DNA of 60,797 nucleotides, filler included, from Squatina squatina (lineage: Eukaryota): the NCBI GenBank assembly GCA_031763465.1. It is 3 parts of 2 records of this genome, joined end to end, with 100 filler letters (N's around TTAATTAATTAA, not from the genome) between each part and the next. Parts side by side here need not be neighbours in the genome. Positions count along the whole stretch, not along the records: positions 1 to 19,265 come from JARFOE010000100.1; positions 19,366 to 43,544 come from JARFOE010000004.1; 1 more part is not named here. One strand, 5' to 3'. The notes under the pieces were generated by a model. It saw only the letters and a program-made list of their open reading frames with translations. It was not told the DNA's origin and did no database searches. This document shows, in pieces, positions 11,272 through 22,829 of the stretch. The position numbers and the translations under genes are program-made. Numbering within the stretch: position 1 is the stretch's first letter; every line of letters begins with the position of its first letter.

Positions 11272-11757
11272 GTGAGCAGAATCCTTTCCCACATTTCTCT
11301 TCCAGCCCTTCGTGACCGGTCTTCTTTTGACCATGTTTGCACCATCAGCAAGCAAGTTTTAAAATCACATTGCACAATGTCTACTGTGCAGNNNNNNNNN
11401 NNNNNNNNNNNNNNNNNNNNNNNNNNNNNNNNNNNNNNNNNNNNNNNNNNNNNNNNNNNNNNNNNNNNNNNNNNNNNNNNNNNNNNNNNNNAGTGAAGTT
11501 GCTGTCAGGGGGCCTATAGACTACTCCCACCAGTGGATATCAACAGGTAAAAGATGAATCAGGTATGTAAACTACTATTACAAAGAGGCAGTTAGTGGAT
11601 TTAACAGCCCTTGAATAGGTTCATTAGATAGCTGGGAAGAAATGCAAGATGATATAAAAGGTTTGATGCCCCAATTTTATTTTTTTATGACCTTGGATAT
11701 GCCAAGTCACCTACACTGAATGATGACCATTCCAGGGATGAGTTCTATAAACTATAA

Positions 11758-11958
<201 letters not shown>

Positions 11959-12049
11959 TAAGCATAGAGAGAGTGAGCTTAAAATATATAGATTTATTTT
12001 ATATATTTTGCTTCCTTCAGGTGCATCAACAAAATGCCAAAGAAAAATT

Positions 12050-12223
12050 GTCAGTTTAGCTCAGTTGGTAGCACCATCGCCTCTAATTCTATGAAGGTTG
12101 TGAGTACAAGTTTCATGCTTAACACTTGACATAGCTTGTTAGTTAGCACTTCAAAGTGGAATTGAGTTAAGTGCAGAATTGTCAGAGGTGCCAGCATTTG
12201 GGTGAGATGTTAAATGAGGCTCT
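12050..12223 (+). mobile_element. DeuSINE/SacSINE1-like SINE, 5' part
   Basis: tRNA-like head TAGCTCAGTTGGTAGCAC, then GTCAGAGGTGCC...GATGTTAAA, similar to the full copy at 58795-59246. Confidence 0.65.
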
Positions 12224-12323
12224 NNNNNNNNNNNNNNNNNNNNNNNNNNNNNNNNNNNNNNNNNNNNNNNNNNNNNNNNNNNNNNNNNNNNNNNNNNNNN
12301 NNNNNNNNNNNNNNNNNNNNNNN

Positions 12324-12502
12324 TTGATGTTATCCTGGATGAAAACCAGTTGGAGGATGCATGTGAGCATTTGGCAGAATACCTTGAAACATACTGGCGT
12401 GCGACACACACCCCCAGCAGCGCACCACTGAATCCATTGCTGGGCCGAAACCTAGGTAGTACTGCACTGTCAACATATCCTTCAGCTATCTCTGGGTTAC
12501 AG
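12324..12502 (+). CDS. CACNB4: CACNB4 penultimate coding exon (5' end lost in gap)
   Basis: [59 protein letters not shown]; donor GTATGA. Confidence 0.96.
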
Positions 12503-14054
12503 GTATGAACACAAACAATGTGGTTACCTGTGGAAGTAACGGGACAAAGAAAGCCATGTCCCATATTTGAACACAAATACTTGAACACTTCAGACTCTTG
12601 TACCAAAGTGTGCAAATGTTAAACTGGTTAACATACCTATGATGTTCTTCATTCTGTGGATGTAGTTCAACTCCACACACATATAAGAAAGACCTTTGCA
12701 TCCAGCTTGTATCAGCTGCTCTTTCCCATCCTTGTATATAAAATCACCTTGTGAATTGCATCTTCAGTTCTGGCCACTAAGAGGCAGTGGAGTATTACAC
12801 TGCTTGAGAGACTAATATCAGCATTGAAATTTCAAAATGCAACCAACCCATCCAATTCACCACATGAAATCTTGGGTATGGCGCAAACATTCTACAGGTG
12901 TCACATTTCCTTCCTGTAGTCTTCAGATCATCGAATCTTACAGCACAAAAGGAGGCCATATGGCACATCTTGCCCATGTTACACTTCAGTTTATCAAAAG
13001 AAAACATACAAAGCAGAGGTGAAGTGCTGGTAACTCCATAGGTACTTACCAATGTTTGTGCCAATTGTACTGTTATGGACTGGGCATCAGTTGATGACTT
13101 TGACACTTTAGATGTTTCTGCATCTCTTGACGTAGGACTGGCTGCAGAGTCTGGGACTGAATGACTTTATGATTGGAGTTAGAGGAGGTTCCAAGATCCC
13201 TGTCGGAGCTTCACACCTTCTCCCCAGTCTTATGTAATAAATGGTAACACAAAATTTTTCTCGACATCTCTTTGGTGTGATCCTAACCTGAACCCGATTT
13301 CCTTTCTGACCGATTGCTGAGCAAGTAGATTTTAGCAGAACCAGCCTCTACAAAACTTTTTGAAAATTCTGAAATTTTAACAGAAGTGTTAATCTGTTTA
13401 TATTAAATGGATTACACCTCTGTTAAACTGCAAAACAAAGGAATTTCACACAAACTTGTGTTTTANNNNNNNNNNGCAAATAACTACGACACTACAAATG
13501 GTGTGAAAATTATATCAACTGTTAACGGGAATGTTTAATATACACAGAGACAAAAGCACATGACAGCAGCAGAAAAAGAACTGAGGATAAGGTCTTATTT
13601 ACATAACATTGGAAAGCATGGAATGCGCAAAGGCTATTTCGCCCATCAAGCTACTCCAACAGGCAGAAGTCCAGAATATTTATCATCTGATAGGATATAT
13701 CATAGACCAATTCCTTCCCTTGACACAACCTTTCTGCGGTCTCAGCGGTTCAGCAACCAACATATTCCATCTAACATTCAATTACCTTTATAACCTTCAG
13801 TGCTGGTCCTAACCAACTATTCATCCAGCTCTTTCTTATATGTGTTTGGCAACAGCTCAGGTAGCGCTGATGTGGAGCTAGCACTGGCACAGACATGATG
13901 GGCTGAATAGCTTCCTTCTATGCTGACATTTCAATGATTCCATGATAATTGCTTTATGTGAGAGTGCAAACCACATATCTACTCTGGCCAACTTAGGAAA
14001 AGCTTTGGTAAATTCCTCTCTGTCTCCCTACAGCAATCAAGCAAGGGGACCAAG

Positions 14055-14142
14055 AAACATAGAAAATATAGAAAATAGGAGCAGGAGTCGGCCATTCGGC
14101 CCTTCGAGCCTGCTCCGCCATTCAATGTGATCGTGGCTGATC
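14055..14142 (-). mobile_element. CR1 LINE 3' tail
   Basis: AGAAACATAGAAAATA...GGAGCAGGAGTCGGCCATTCGGCCCTTCGAGCCTGCTCCGCCATTCAAT. Also seen at about 29985-30050. Confidence 0.8.
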
Positions 14143-14648
14143 NNNNNNNNNNNNNNNNNNNNNNNNNNNNNNNNNNNNNNNNNNNNNNNNNNNNNNNNNN
14201 NNNNNNNNNNNNNNNNNNNNNNNNNNNNNNNNNNNNNNNNNNTACTGGCTGCTTCCACCATGTCCCTGGGGAATCTATACCATAGATTGACAACTCGCTC
14301 ACTGAAATGTTGTTGTGGCAGATTAGTTTTAATACTGCAGCTACCCCTTCAAGCAGAGGCCACGTCCTCTGGTTCTGCTGTTGTGGACAAGGCAAAATAG
14401 CTCATTACTTTATCAATGAAATAGATATCGTCTGCCTTCTAGGCTTCAGAAAGAAACCTTTTAATTTCTCACAAGGTAAAGATGGGAATTCAAAAATAAT
14501 TGCCCAAACTGCATCAGTGGGTAATTACTTTTCCTACATAGTTCTAACCCATGTCCTTTAATTTTGTCTATTAGGAGGTCTATTACACTCTTCTGTGTTT
14601 AATTTACAGCAGTTCTATAAACCTAACCCTACCTCTTTTGTTAACTAG

Positions 14649-14909
14649 GACCAGCGAATGAGCAACAGCAATCACTCTGGTGAACACTTACCCGTTGAAC
14701 GAACACGCTTCGTGCACTCTGATGAAAACGGTCACAGCGAGAGGGCGCGGAAGAACCGTAACCGCTTGTCTTCAGGTTCCCAGCACAGCCGAGGCCAATA
14801 CCCACTGGTGGAGGAGGAGTATTCTGACCCCTATCAGGACACTTACAAATCACGAAGGAGTCACGGATCACCTGGAGGCCACAGCCACGATTCTCAACAA
14901 AGGCTATGA
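14649..14909 (+). CDS. CACNB4: CACNB4 last coding exon
   Basis: Acceptor ttaactag; [10 protein letters not shown]...[56 protein letters not shown], the beta-4-specific C-terminus. Confidence 0.96.
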   Translation, partial: DQRMSNSNHSGEHLPVERTRFVHSDENGHSERARKNRNRLSSGSQHSRGQYPLVEEEYSDPYQDTYKSRRSHGSPGGHSHDSQQRL

Positions 14910-16849
14910 AAAATGTTGCTATTCACTTACAAAAAACAAAGTAGAAAAAGATTTTTTTTTTTAAAAAAGCAAACCCCTGCCTTGCAACATGTAACTCATG
15001 AACAGGGAAGTATCTAGGCAGTTCTTAATATTTTATTTAAACAACTCAATGCGGTTTTCAAAAAGTCGTATTTATTTTTTTCCTTTCAGGCTGGTTTGCT
15101 CATAATGGAGGCAGTCTGGTAAAGTGCTTTCCAAAACACTTTACTAGATTTGTAAATATGAAGAATGTATGGTAGTGTGATCTGTGATACCGTGAGTTAC
15201 CATCACTGTGCCACCGATCGCACCTGCCTCTATATATTTTTAGCATATAAAATGACCATATATATTACCAAAGTTGGCACTAAAGCAGATATTTTCTCCG
15301 CTGCAATGCCAACTTAACCCTCCAGGCGGTGTGGTGGACCTTGAGTACAGGTGGGTTCTTAACACTTAACCTGGCTGAAAACTTCCCAATGCAGTGACAA
15401 AGCTCCTTTAATGCATAAAACTCTTCACCTGATTTCTTGTTAGCAATAAATGGTATTGCAATACAACCCTGCACTACCATTGTTTCAACAAATTTTGCTT
15501 CAGCGTATGATTCCAGAATTTACACAGCTCTCCATTACATGTACAGCACACTTACTTGCATGAGACAAGCAGTAACAAATCACATATTTACAAGCAAGAT
15601 ATTATTTAAATTTAAGAACAATAAATTAAGCTTTTATGCATTTGCTATTTGTGTATGGTTTTTTAGAGGTATTATTTATAAAGAATGACTTCAGGCTGTA
15701 CATTATCTTGCTGATGTTAATTCCTATATTTTTCATGTTTAGAGAATTCAGTGTTATTAGTTAGCAAATGCATCAGTGCACCAAATTCTAGTAAAGTTAC
15801 GGTCTCTCACCAGACAACTTGTATAGTGATATCCATTTATTAAACCCTCGATTATTAAAGAGAACACAGTCTTAGACCAGGAAGCCTTTGTTTCATGTAT
15901 CAATGATAGTAACCCTTCAAAATGGTTTGAATTACAGATTTAGTCGTCTGAAGAAATTTAGCTCCAATTTTAATTTAGAGAAGCTGGGGTTGTTCTCCTT
16001 GGAGCAGAGAGCTTGAGAGGAGATTTGATCGAGGTGTTCAAAATCATGAGGGGTCTGGACAGAGTAGAGANNNNNNNNNNNNNNNNNNNNNNNNNNNNNN
16101 NNNNNNNNNNNNNNNNNNNNNNNNNNNNNNNNNNNNNNNNNNNNNNNNNNNNNNNNNNNNNNNNNNNNNNCGTTGAACGTTTGGAATAACTAAAGCCTGA
16201 TGAAAATATAACATAGTATTTTAATTAAAAATCTCACCTTTTAGAAATTGGGATTATAAACTTAAAAAGTGCTATATAATAGATATTTTTTGTAGTAGAA
16301 ATAATTCAATTATACAGTAGCACTTTACTTACCTTTAGTACTTTCATTAGTTAAAGAAAAGATCTAATGCTGTACGACATTTAGAATACCTCAGTGTGAT
16401 AAGGGTCAAAGTAAGTCATATGAAAATTATTATTGTAAAATGACATAGAAATAGATACACAATGTTACTTTTTTTTATTAGCTTTCGTGTCAAATAGTCT
16501 TTATGAGTAGTGTTTTCGGATATATGGAATTGAATTTGCTAAGACTTGGATTGGAAGATGGGCTACATGCAGTTCCTGTGTATTACTGTTACAGATATTT
16601 TGTCAAATGCCTTGCCTGTTGAATTTTTTTTTAAAGCGTTATCAAGTAAGGCTATTCCTGCCAAACTACTAAAAGGAGGACTTTGCTCCACAATGAGAAG
16701 AGAAGTTTAGCAACATTCCTTCCTTCAACATCTCATTCACCAGGGCAACTGGACACTCTGAGGACTTAATAGCATGTTAAAACTATAAGACCTTTTTTGC
16801 ACATTTCTTATACAAGTTTACAAAAAAATTGAAAAAGCTTGTAAATAAA
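14910..16849 (+). other. CACNB4: probable CACNB4 3'UTR with candidate polyadenylation signals
   Basis: AU-rich region after the stop, with AATAAA at 15445, 15620 and 16844. The true 3' end is unknown and a gap lies at 16071-16170. Confidence 0.45.
15975..16070 (+). mobile_element. CR1 LINE ORF2 fragment
   Basis: LEKLGLFSLEQR..LRGDLIEVFKIMRGLDRV, with one frameshift. Confidence 0.85.
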
Positions 16850-19309
16850 TAGTTGCTGCTTTAATTGGTATGGGAATTATTAATAAGAAATATATTTAAC
16901 ATACTGTACAACAGAGTTACCCTGTGCAGGGTTCTATGAAAGGTATCCTTCTGTGTAAGGTCTATAGCATTCTTTCTTACAGCACACAGTTTATAGTATT
17001 TTCAGTATTCTGAAGAGCATGTCGGGTAACTTCCATTTCCTATGCAAATGTGCACAGTGTTGCATGTTATGCTGACTGTTCCCTCAGCTTCTCAGTGGCA
17101 TTTTGTTTTGGAGATTTCAGAAATTGATTGCTTCGCTATTTTTCGTGTACAGAGAATTGGAAAATCAAATGTAAATGGCGTGCATGGAATTATCAGTATT
17201 TCTGAAAAAAATATGGTTTCTGGAAATTAGATGTTAAAATCAGCTGCATTTTCAATATAGATTAGTATATGGTCACCGTGGAATTAAGTGTCCAACATTC
17301 AAACCTGCTTGAATTTTATCTAATTTTGGTTCTTTTATTGTACCAATTCAAAAAATTAAAAATTTATTTGATTGCTCTGTAACACTACTTTTAATTGCCC
17401 TAATTGAATGTATACATCAGAAATTTAACCAAGTTGAGATGGCTTGTTTTCTAAATAGCTATATCTTTAAAGCTGAGGGGGGTTTTCAGCTTACCTTTCT
17501 TGATCACTACTTAAAGATCTCTTTTCAGTTACTTTGAGAAATGATTCATGGTCTGTATCGATCTGAATTCTGTTCACAAGATTTTCTATTTATTTTGAAG
17601 CGCACGATTAATTAGTGAAAGAATGATTGCTCCAAAAATGAAACTGTATTTTGCTGAAGTCATGTACGTGCCCAGCACCAGTGGCATCCATTGTTTTCAG
17701 GTGGGATCCATTACTAAGATTTGCTCGCAATTAGAAAATTAAATGTTCTTAACCAAGTTTGACTTTTGATTTTCCAATATGGGTAAATATTATACGGTGC
17801 TACAATTAGAGGTTTTGTACATTAAAATTGATTGCTGNNNNNNNNNNNNNNNNNNNNNNNNNNNNNNNNNNNNNNNNNNNNNNNNNNNNNNNNNNNNNNN
17901 NNNNNNNNNNNNNNNNNNNNNNNNNNNNNNNNNNNNNGAGAAAATGTTAAACGTTGAAATTACTAATTGTGATTGAATTGTGCATACATTTACTGCTAAG
18001 TGGTGATCCAGATTATCTGGATCCCAGAATACGCAGTGAGCTCACTGCAGTCCCAAATAAGTGTTGGCATTGAATAAGTCTAATTTTAACATGTATAAAT
18101 AGTGTTAGGATTTAATATGTTCCCCCGAAGGTTCAAAGTTACAAATAAGGTTTGTTCTACACTTTTGCTTTTTTGGGGAGTGACGGAAGGGGAGAAGAAG
18201 AACTAGGGAAGGGAGCAGCCTGATGCTGTTTTTGACTGGTCAAGCCCCATTTGAAATGCTCATAAGTACTGAGCATCGAGTTACTTGTTTTTGTTTAGTC
18301 TCCGAACATTGGAACTTTAATTGTCTTGGTTATAAGTTTTTAACTTTTTATATGTGCACATTTTAGAATGAAACTGCATCTTGGCACAGCAATCTTTTTT
18401 AAAAAATTAATTTGAGTGTTTCATATCTCCGATCTTTTACGGGTTTCATGATGTATTCAAAAATATATTGCATCGAATTGAGTAAACCCTGCAAATACAT
18501 GAGCCTATGCGACATAGGCCGGGAGTTTCCTCATCTGTTCCCTGCTCTGCCACCATAATTTCACTGGAAATGCGGCAGATATTAATTTACGTACGTCAAC
18601 AGGCACTTGTGGTGAAATTATGGGATGGCGTGGGAGTAATTTAGAGGGAATTCCCCACCCATAATTTTGATTTTGCACACATAGAAAATTCTTTAAATAA
18701 TTATAAAGAATTAAACAACAAAGGATCAAAAATGGTCAATTTTGGATTTGAGTAGTTGTAAGTGAAATGGCAAATAAAACGCCAGCCTTCTGAAAACAGC
18801 TTTTCTGGGTCAAAAACCTGAATTTAAAAAATTCATTCTGCAATGGCCTAGGCTGTTCAAAATGGGAGAAGGGTTTGGTTAAAATAGGTAATACTAATTG
18901 TTCCTCAAAAATCTACTGACAGATGAAAATTTGATTTGCTTCAAGAAGGGAAATAAAACCCATTTTATCTCTGAATTTCAAACACATGCCGTTTGTTCTC
19001 CACTTGATCTGATTGTTATTGGCATAGTTGATCTTTGTTGATTGATTCAGATCTTTGTTGATTCAGATCTTTGTTGATCCAGTCAAGCCTGGCTTTATGC
19101 ACTAGAATTATTTGAAAGTCAAAAATCCTAACCAGTGCCTGCAGCTGTTTTCCTAACTTTCATAAAAGAGTCTTTGATGGATTTTACTTCTGTTTGAATT
19201 GAGTGCAGTGCTCAAAGGCTATTTGGTGTCAGCTTGGCTGAGTTGACAGCACTCTTACCTCTGAGNNNNNNNNNNNNNNNNNNNNNNNNNNNNNNNNNNN
19301 NNNNNNNNN

Positions 19310-19321
19310 TTAATTAATTAA
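19310..19321. other. assembly linker TTAATTAATTAA (six-frame stop) inside an N gap
   Basis: Flanked by exactly 44 N on each side, totalling 100 bp. An identical construct is at 43589-43600. Confidence 0.95.
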
Positions 19322-19834
19322 NNNNNNNNNNNNNNNNNNNNNNNNNNNNNNNNNNNNNNNNNNNNAAAGCCTGGTCCAAGTGTGACTTATAGCTGAAGTG
19401 ATGTAAAGGTTCACTTACTTAAGTAATGGGATCCCTCCCCTGGTAATTGGCTCTGTTGGTGTTTTTTATCCATTAAGGATAAGTGTTTACCACTGAAATG
19501 GGTCCATATAGGAAAATATGACAAGGCACCATGAGCGCATGCTATCACGCCAAGCCTATTATTTTCTGCCTGGCATTAATTCATTGTAAAAAATATTGAC
19601 AATTGGAAGATATGGCCCACTGATCCTTAAATTAGTTTTATTTGGAATCTGAGCAAAACTTTATTCATTTCTTAGGAATGCACAGCTGAAAGTCCTCGGT
19701 TAATTTATGTGAATACAATGGGTATAACCAACAAAAAATGTTTGACTCTATTAAAGGTTTTATTCACTTAACTTCCCCATACCAACAATGCTTAACTATA
19801 TCCCTACTAAATATTCTTTCGAGGTTAAGAAAAA

Positions 19835-19921
19835 AAGAAAAGAAGGACTTGCGGTTATTGAGCACCTTCCATGACCACTGGATGTCCCAAAGCGCTTTAC
19901 AGCCAATGAAGTACTTTTGAA
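19835..19921 (-). mobile_element. SacSINE1-like SINE 3' tail
   Basis: AAGAAGGACTTGC...GTCCCAAAGCGCTTTACAGCCAATGAAGTAC matches the tail of the 58795 copy. Confidence 0.75.
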
Positions 19922-20310
19922 NNNNNNNNNNNNNNNNNNNNNNNNNNNNNNNNNNNNNNNNNNNNNNNNNNNNNNNNNNNNNNNNNNNNNNNNNNNNNNN
20001 NNNNNNNNNNNNNNNNNNNNNAGGTTCAATTCCCTACTTGGCCAAGTTCCAGTTGTTTGCCACGTTACCATGGAGAAGCAATGAATGGAAGCCAATGGAA
20101 GGGAAATCAGAATGAAAGTCATTATCACTGTGCACTTTCTAACTGCTAGTCCAACCATGGCATAAACAGAAGGCTTGGAATGGGTCGATTGCCCATTCAC
20201 TCATCCAAGGATGGTACATAGTTAAGGGAGAAAAGTAAACATCTTAAAAATATATAAATTTAAAAAAAGATATCACGAGACAGTTAGGAAATAGAGAGTT
20301 GTGGTGAATG

Positions 20311-20551
20311 GTCTATCACTACCCTCCTCACTGTTTGCTATACCTTCCAAGTTTTGTGTCATCGGCAAATTTTGAAATTATGCCCTGTACACCCAAGTCC
20401 AAGTCATTAATACATGTCAAGAAAGCAGCGGTCTGAGTATATTAATGACTTAGACTTGGGTGTCCTGGGCACAATTGCAAAATATGCAGATGACACAAAA
20501 CTTGGAAGTATAGTGAACAGTGAGGTGGGTAGTGACAGACTTCAAGAAGAC
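20311..20551. mobile_element. two CR1 RT fragments in inverted orientation
   Basis: YINDLDLGVLGTIAKYADDTKLGSIVNSE on + (from 20437) and its diverged reverse complement at 20311-20412. Confidence 0.85.
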
Positions 20552-20814
20552 NNNNNNNNNNNNNNNNNNNNNNNNNNNNNNNNNNNNNNNNNNNNNNNNN
20601 NNNNNNNNNNNNNNNNNNNNNNNNNNNNNNNNNNNNNNNNNNNNNNNNNNNAGGTTCCAACCCAAGCAAGGATCAGCAGAAACTGGCCATGAAGCCTGAG
20701 AGCTGGGTTCTGGGTACTTGGGTCCCAGCCTATTTCCTGAGGCTTTTACTGCAAAGGTGCACTGGAAGCCCCATGGGAATTTGGGGCCATTATTTATCAT
20801 TTATCAAATTTGCT

Positions 20815-20975
20815 GGTGGTAGGACTTGCTGGGCACAAGTTGATTGCTGTGTTTCTCTACATATCAACAGTGACTATACTCGGAAAGAAATTGGTTGGTT
20901 GTGAAGAACTTTGGGACATACAGCGACATGATATGAGCGACATGATATGTGCCACATAAATCCAAGTTTTTTTCT
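20815..20975 (+). mobile_element. SacSINE1-like SINE 3' part
   Basis: CTTGCTGGGCACAAGTTG...CAACAGTGACTATACT...TTGGTTGTGAAGAACTTTGGGAC. Confidence 0.65.
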
Positions 20976-22309
20976 TTTTCTTCAACATCAAAGCGAAACA
21001 TGTTATCCGCATGTCGTCAATGTGCCGTTGTGAATAATGATTCCACTTTGGTGCCACCACTGCAACCTCCCCTTTTATGGTGAGCTGCAGCCTTTTAAGA
21101 GTTGTTTCAACTTCAGGCTTTCTGATCCTAGCCAAGTGTACTTTTGGCCAAGCTCTCCGAGCACACTTTGTCTGCATCCTACTCAAAATAGGTGAAGCGT
21201 TTATATCGCAAAACTACCCCCCCACCACCCCACCATCACCCACGCTATGGCATAACATACTCAACATTGACAATGTCGCTAAGTGCGGGCTATAAAATTT
21301 GTGCTCAATTATAGGAGACATATATCCCCAATTCTCTGGGTGCAAAACCAGACTATTTTACATGGATTTAGATCATATTTTGTGCACTATAAAGCAACAG
21401 GCTTAACTTCTGTTTTCTGTAATGAACAGTGAAGTTTAAGACGTCAGCTATCAATCACAGTCTCTCGAAAAGTATTCTAACTAAAGAATGGCAAAGGATA
21501 AAAATGGCTTTAATTAAGATCTTTATTGGAAATGTAGGAATTTGAACAAAGATTCATGTCTTTTTGCCAAAAACATTAAAATAACGAGAATTTGCAAAGC
21601 GCACACTACATTTTGGCATTCAGAGCATAAGGAATTTACATTGGATTTTCTGACATCAACACTGCAGACTGAAGCTTACCATGTGTTCGAATTGGCAGGA
21701 AAAGTGGAAAAATAAGTAGAAGAATGATTATTTTATAAAGGTTGCATGATTTCTTTTATTCTAAGCAAAATCAGGCAGGTAAAATTCATAACTTTTGTTG
21801 CTAGTGGCTTTTACTTTCCAATTTTAAAATGTAGATTATTACAATTTGATGAATTATAAAAGGGGGCACATTGTACAAAGAAACAAAGAACGGCAAAATT
21901 ACAGGGAGCTGTAGTGTGGTGAGCGTCTCCCTGTGTTAATTACTTCATGTTGTGACCACCCTTGACTAACTGGATACTTTTTGATGTTCATGCCACACAC
22001 AATATTGGCATAAATACTCTTTTTATTGCAAAGATAATGAAATCTGACATTATTTACCCATCTGCCTGAGGAAAAATATTAGTAACATTTCCTGTAAAGT
22101 TAACCCAACTGCAGCAATCGGCTTGCTGTATGTAGAGTTGCCACACACAATTACATCTCCACAAAGGAGCAACTTTTCTGGAATATTTCAGCTTGGCCCC
22201 CATGTCTAAACCCAAGCTGAATAAACATCGGGTGCATGCGCGCCAGCTGGGTTTGCGCTGTCAGCACTTGAAACTCCACAACAGGAGTGCAAATTCATAA
22301 AATCTACCC

Positions 22310-22829
22310 CATGCAAAAGACAGACTTGCAATTATATCGTGTCTTTTTTGACCTCAGGTCATTCCAAAGTGCTTTACAGACAATGTGAAGTACCCTTGAA
22401 GTGTAGTCACTGTTGTAATGTCGGAAATGCAGCAAACCGCAGTGCAGGCAGCTCAACAAGAACAAGAAGAACTGGACATAGCACAGCGATGTGACCGAAG
22501 TGGAGGAGTATCTGGAGAATGTGCGGCTGCAGGAGTGAACTGTGGTTGGTCTTGTGTTTGAAAGACAGATGACAGCCTGTACTTCGTTGACACAGGAGAC
22601 AAAAAGAAAGATCTGCTCCATAATAAAGGAAAATTGAAGCCTCTGTGGATGGACCTAATTCTAAATTCGACAAACAGCCGTGTGATAATGACCAGATGAT
22701 CTGTTTTAGTGACGTATGCTGAATACATTTTTTGGAGTTCTCGGAAACAAAAAATGGTGCAATATAATGCTAGCTTACAAGGTGGTCTGAGAACACAGGT
22801 GCTGTTTCGAGTGCCCAAGCAGTTGTTAN
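22310..22829 (-). mobile_element. diverged SacSINE1-related SINE
   Basis: AGACTTGCAATTATA...CCAAAGTGCTTTACAG...GAAGTGTAGTCACTGTTGTAATG and GTGATAATGACCAGATGATCTGTTTTAGTGA blocks. Confidence 0.65.

Noticed and set aside
19030-19083. Triple GATCTTTGTTGATTCA repeat
   Set aside because: An ordinary slippage duplication with no further structure.
19310-19321. Palindromic TTAATTAATTAA as a biological motif (also 43589-43600)
   Set aside because: It is centred in exactly 44+44 Ns twice, which marks a scaffolding linker.
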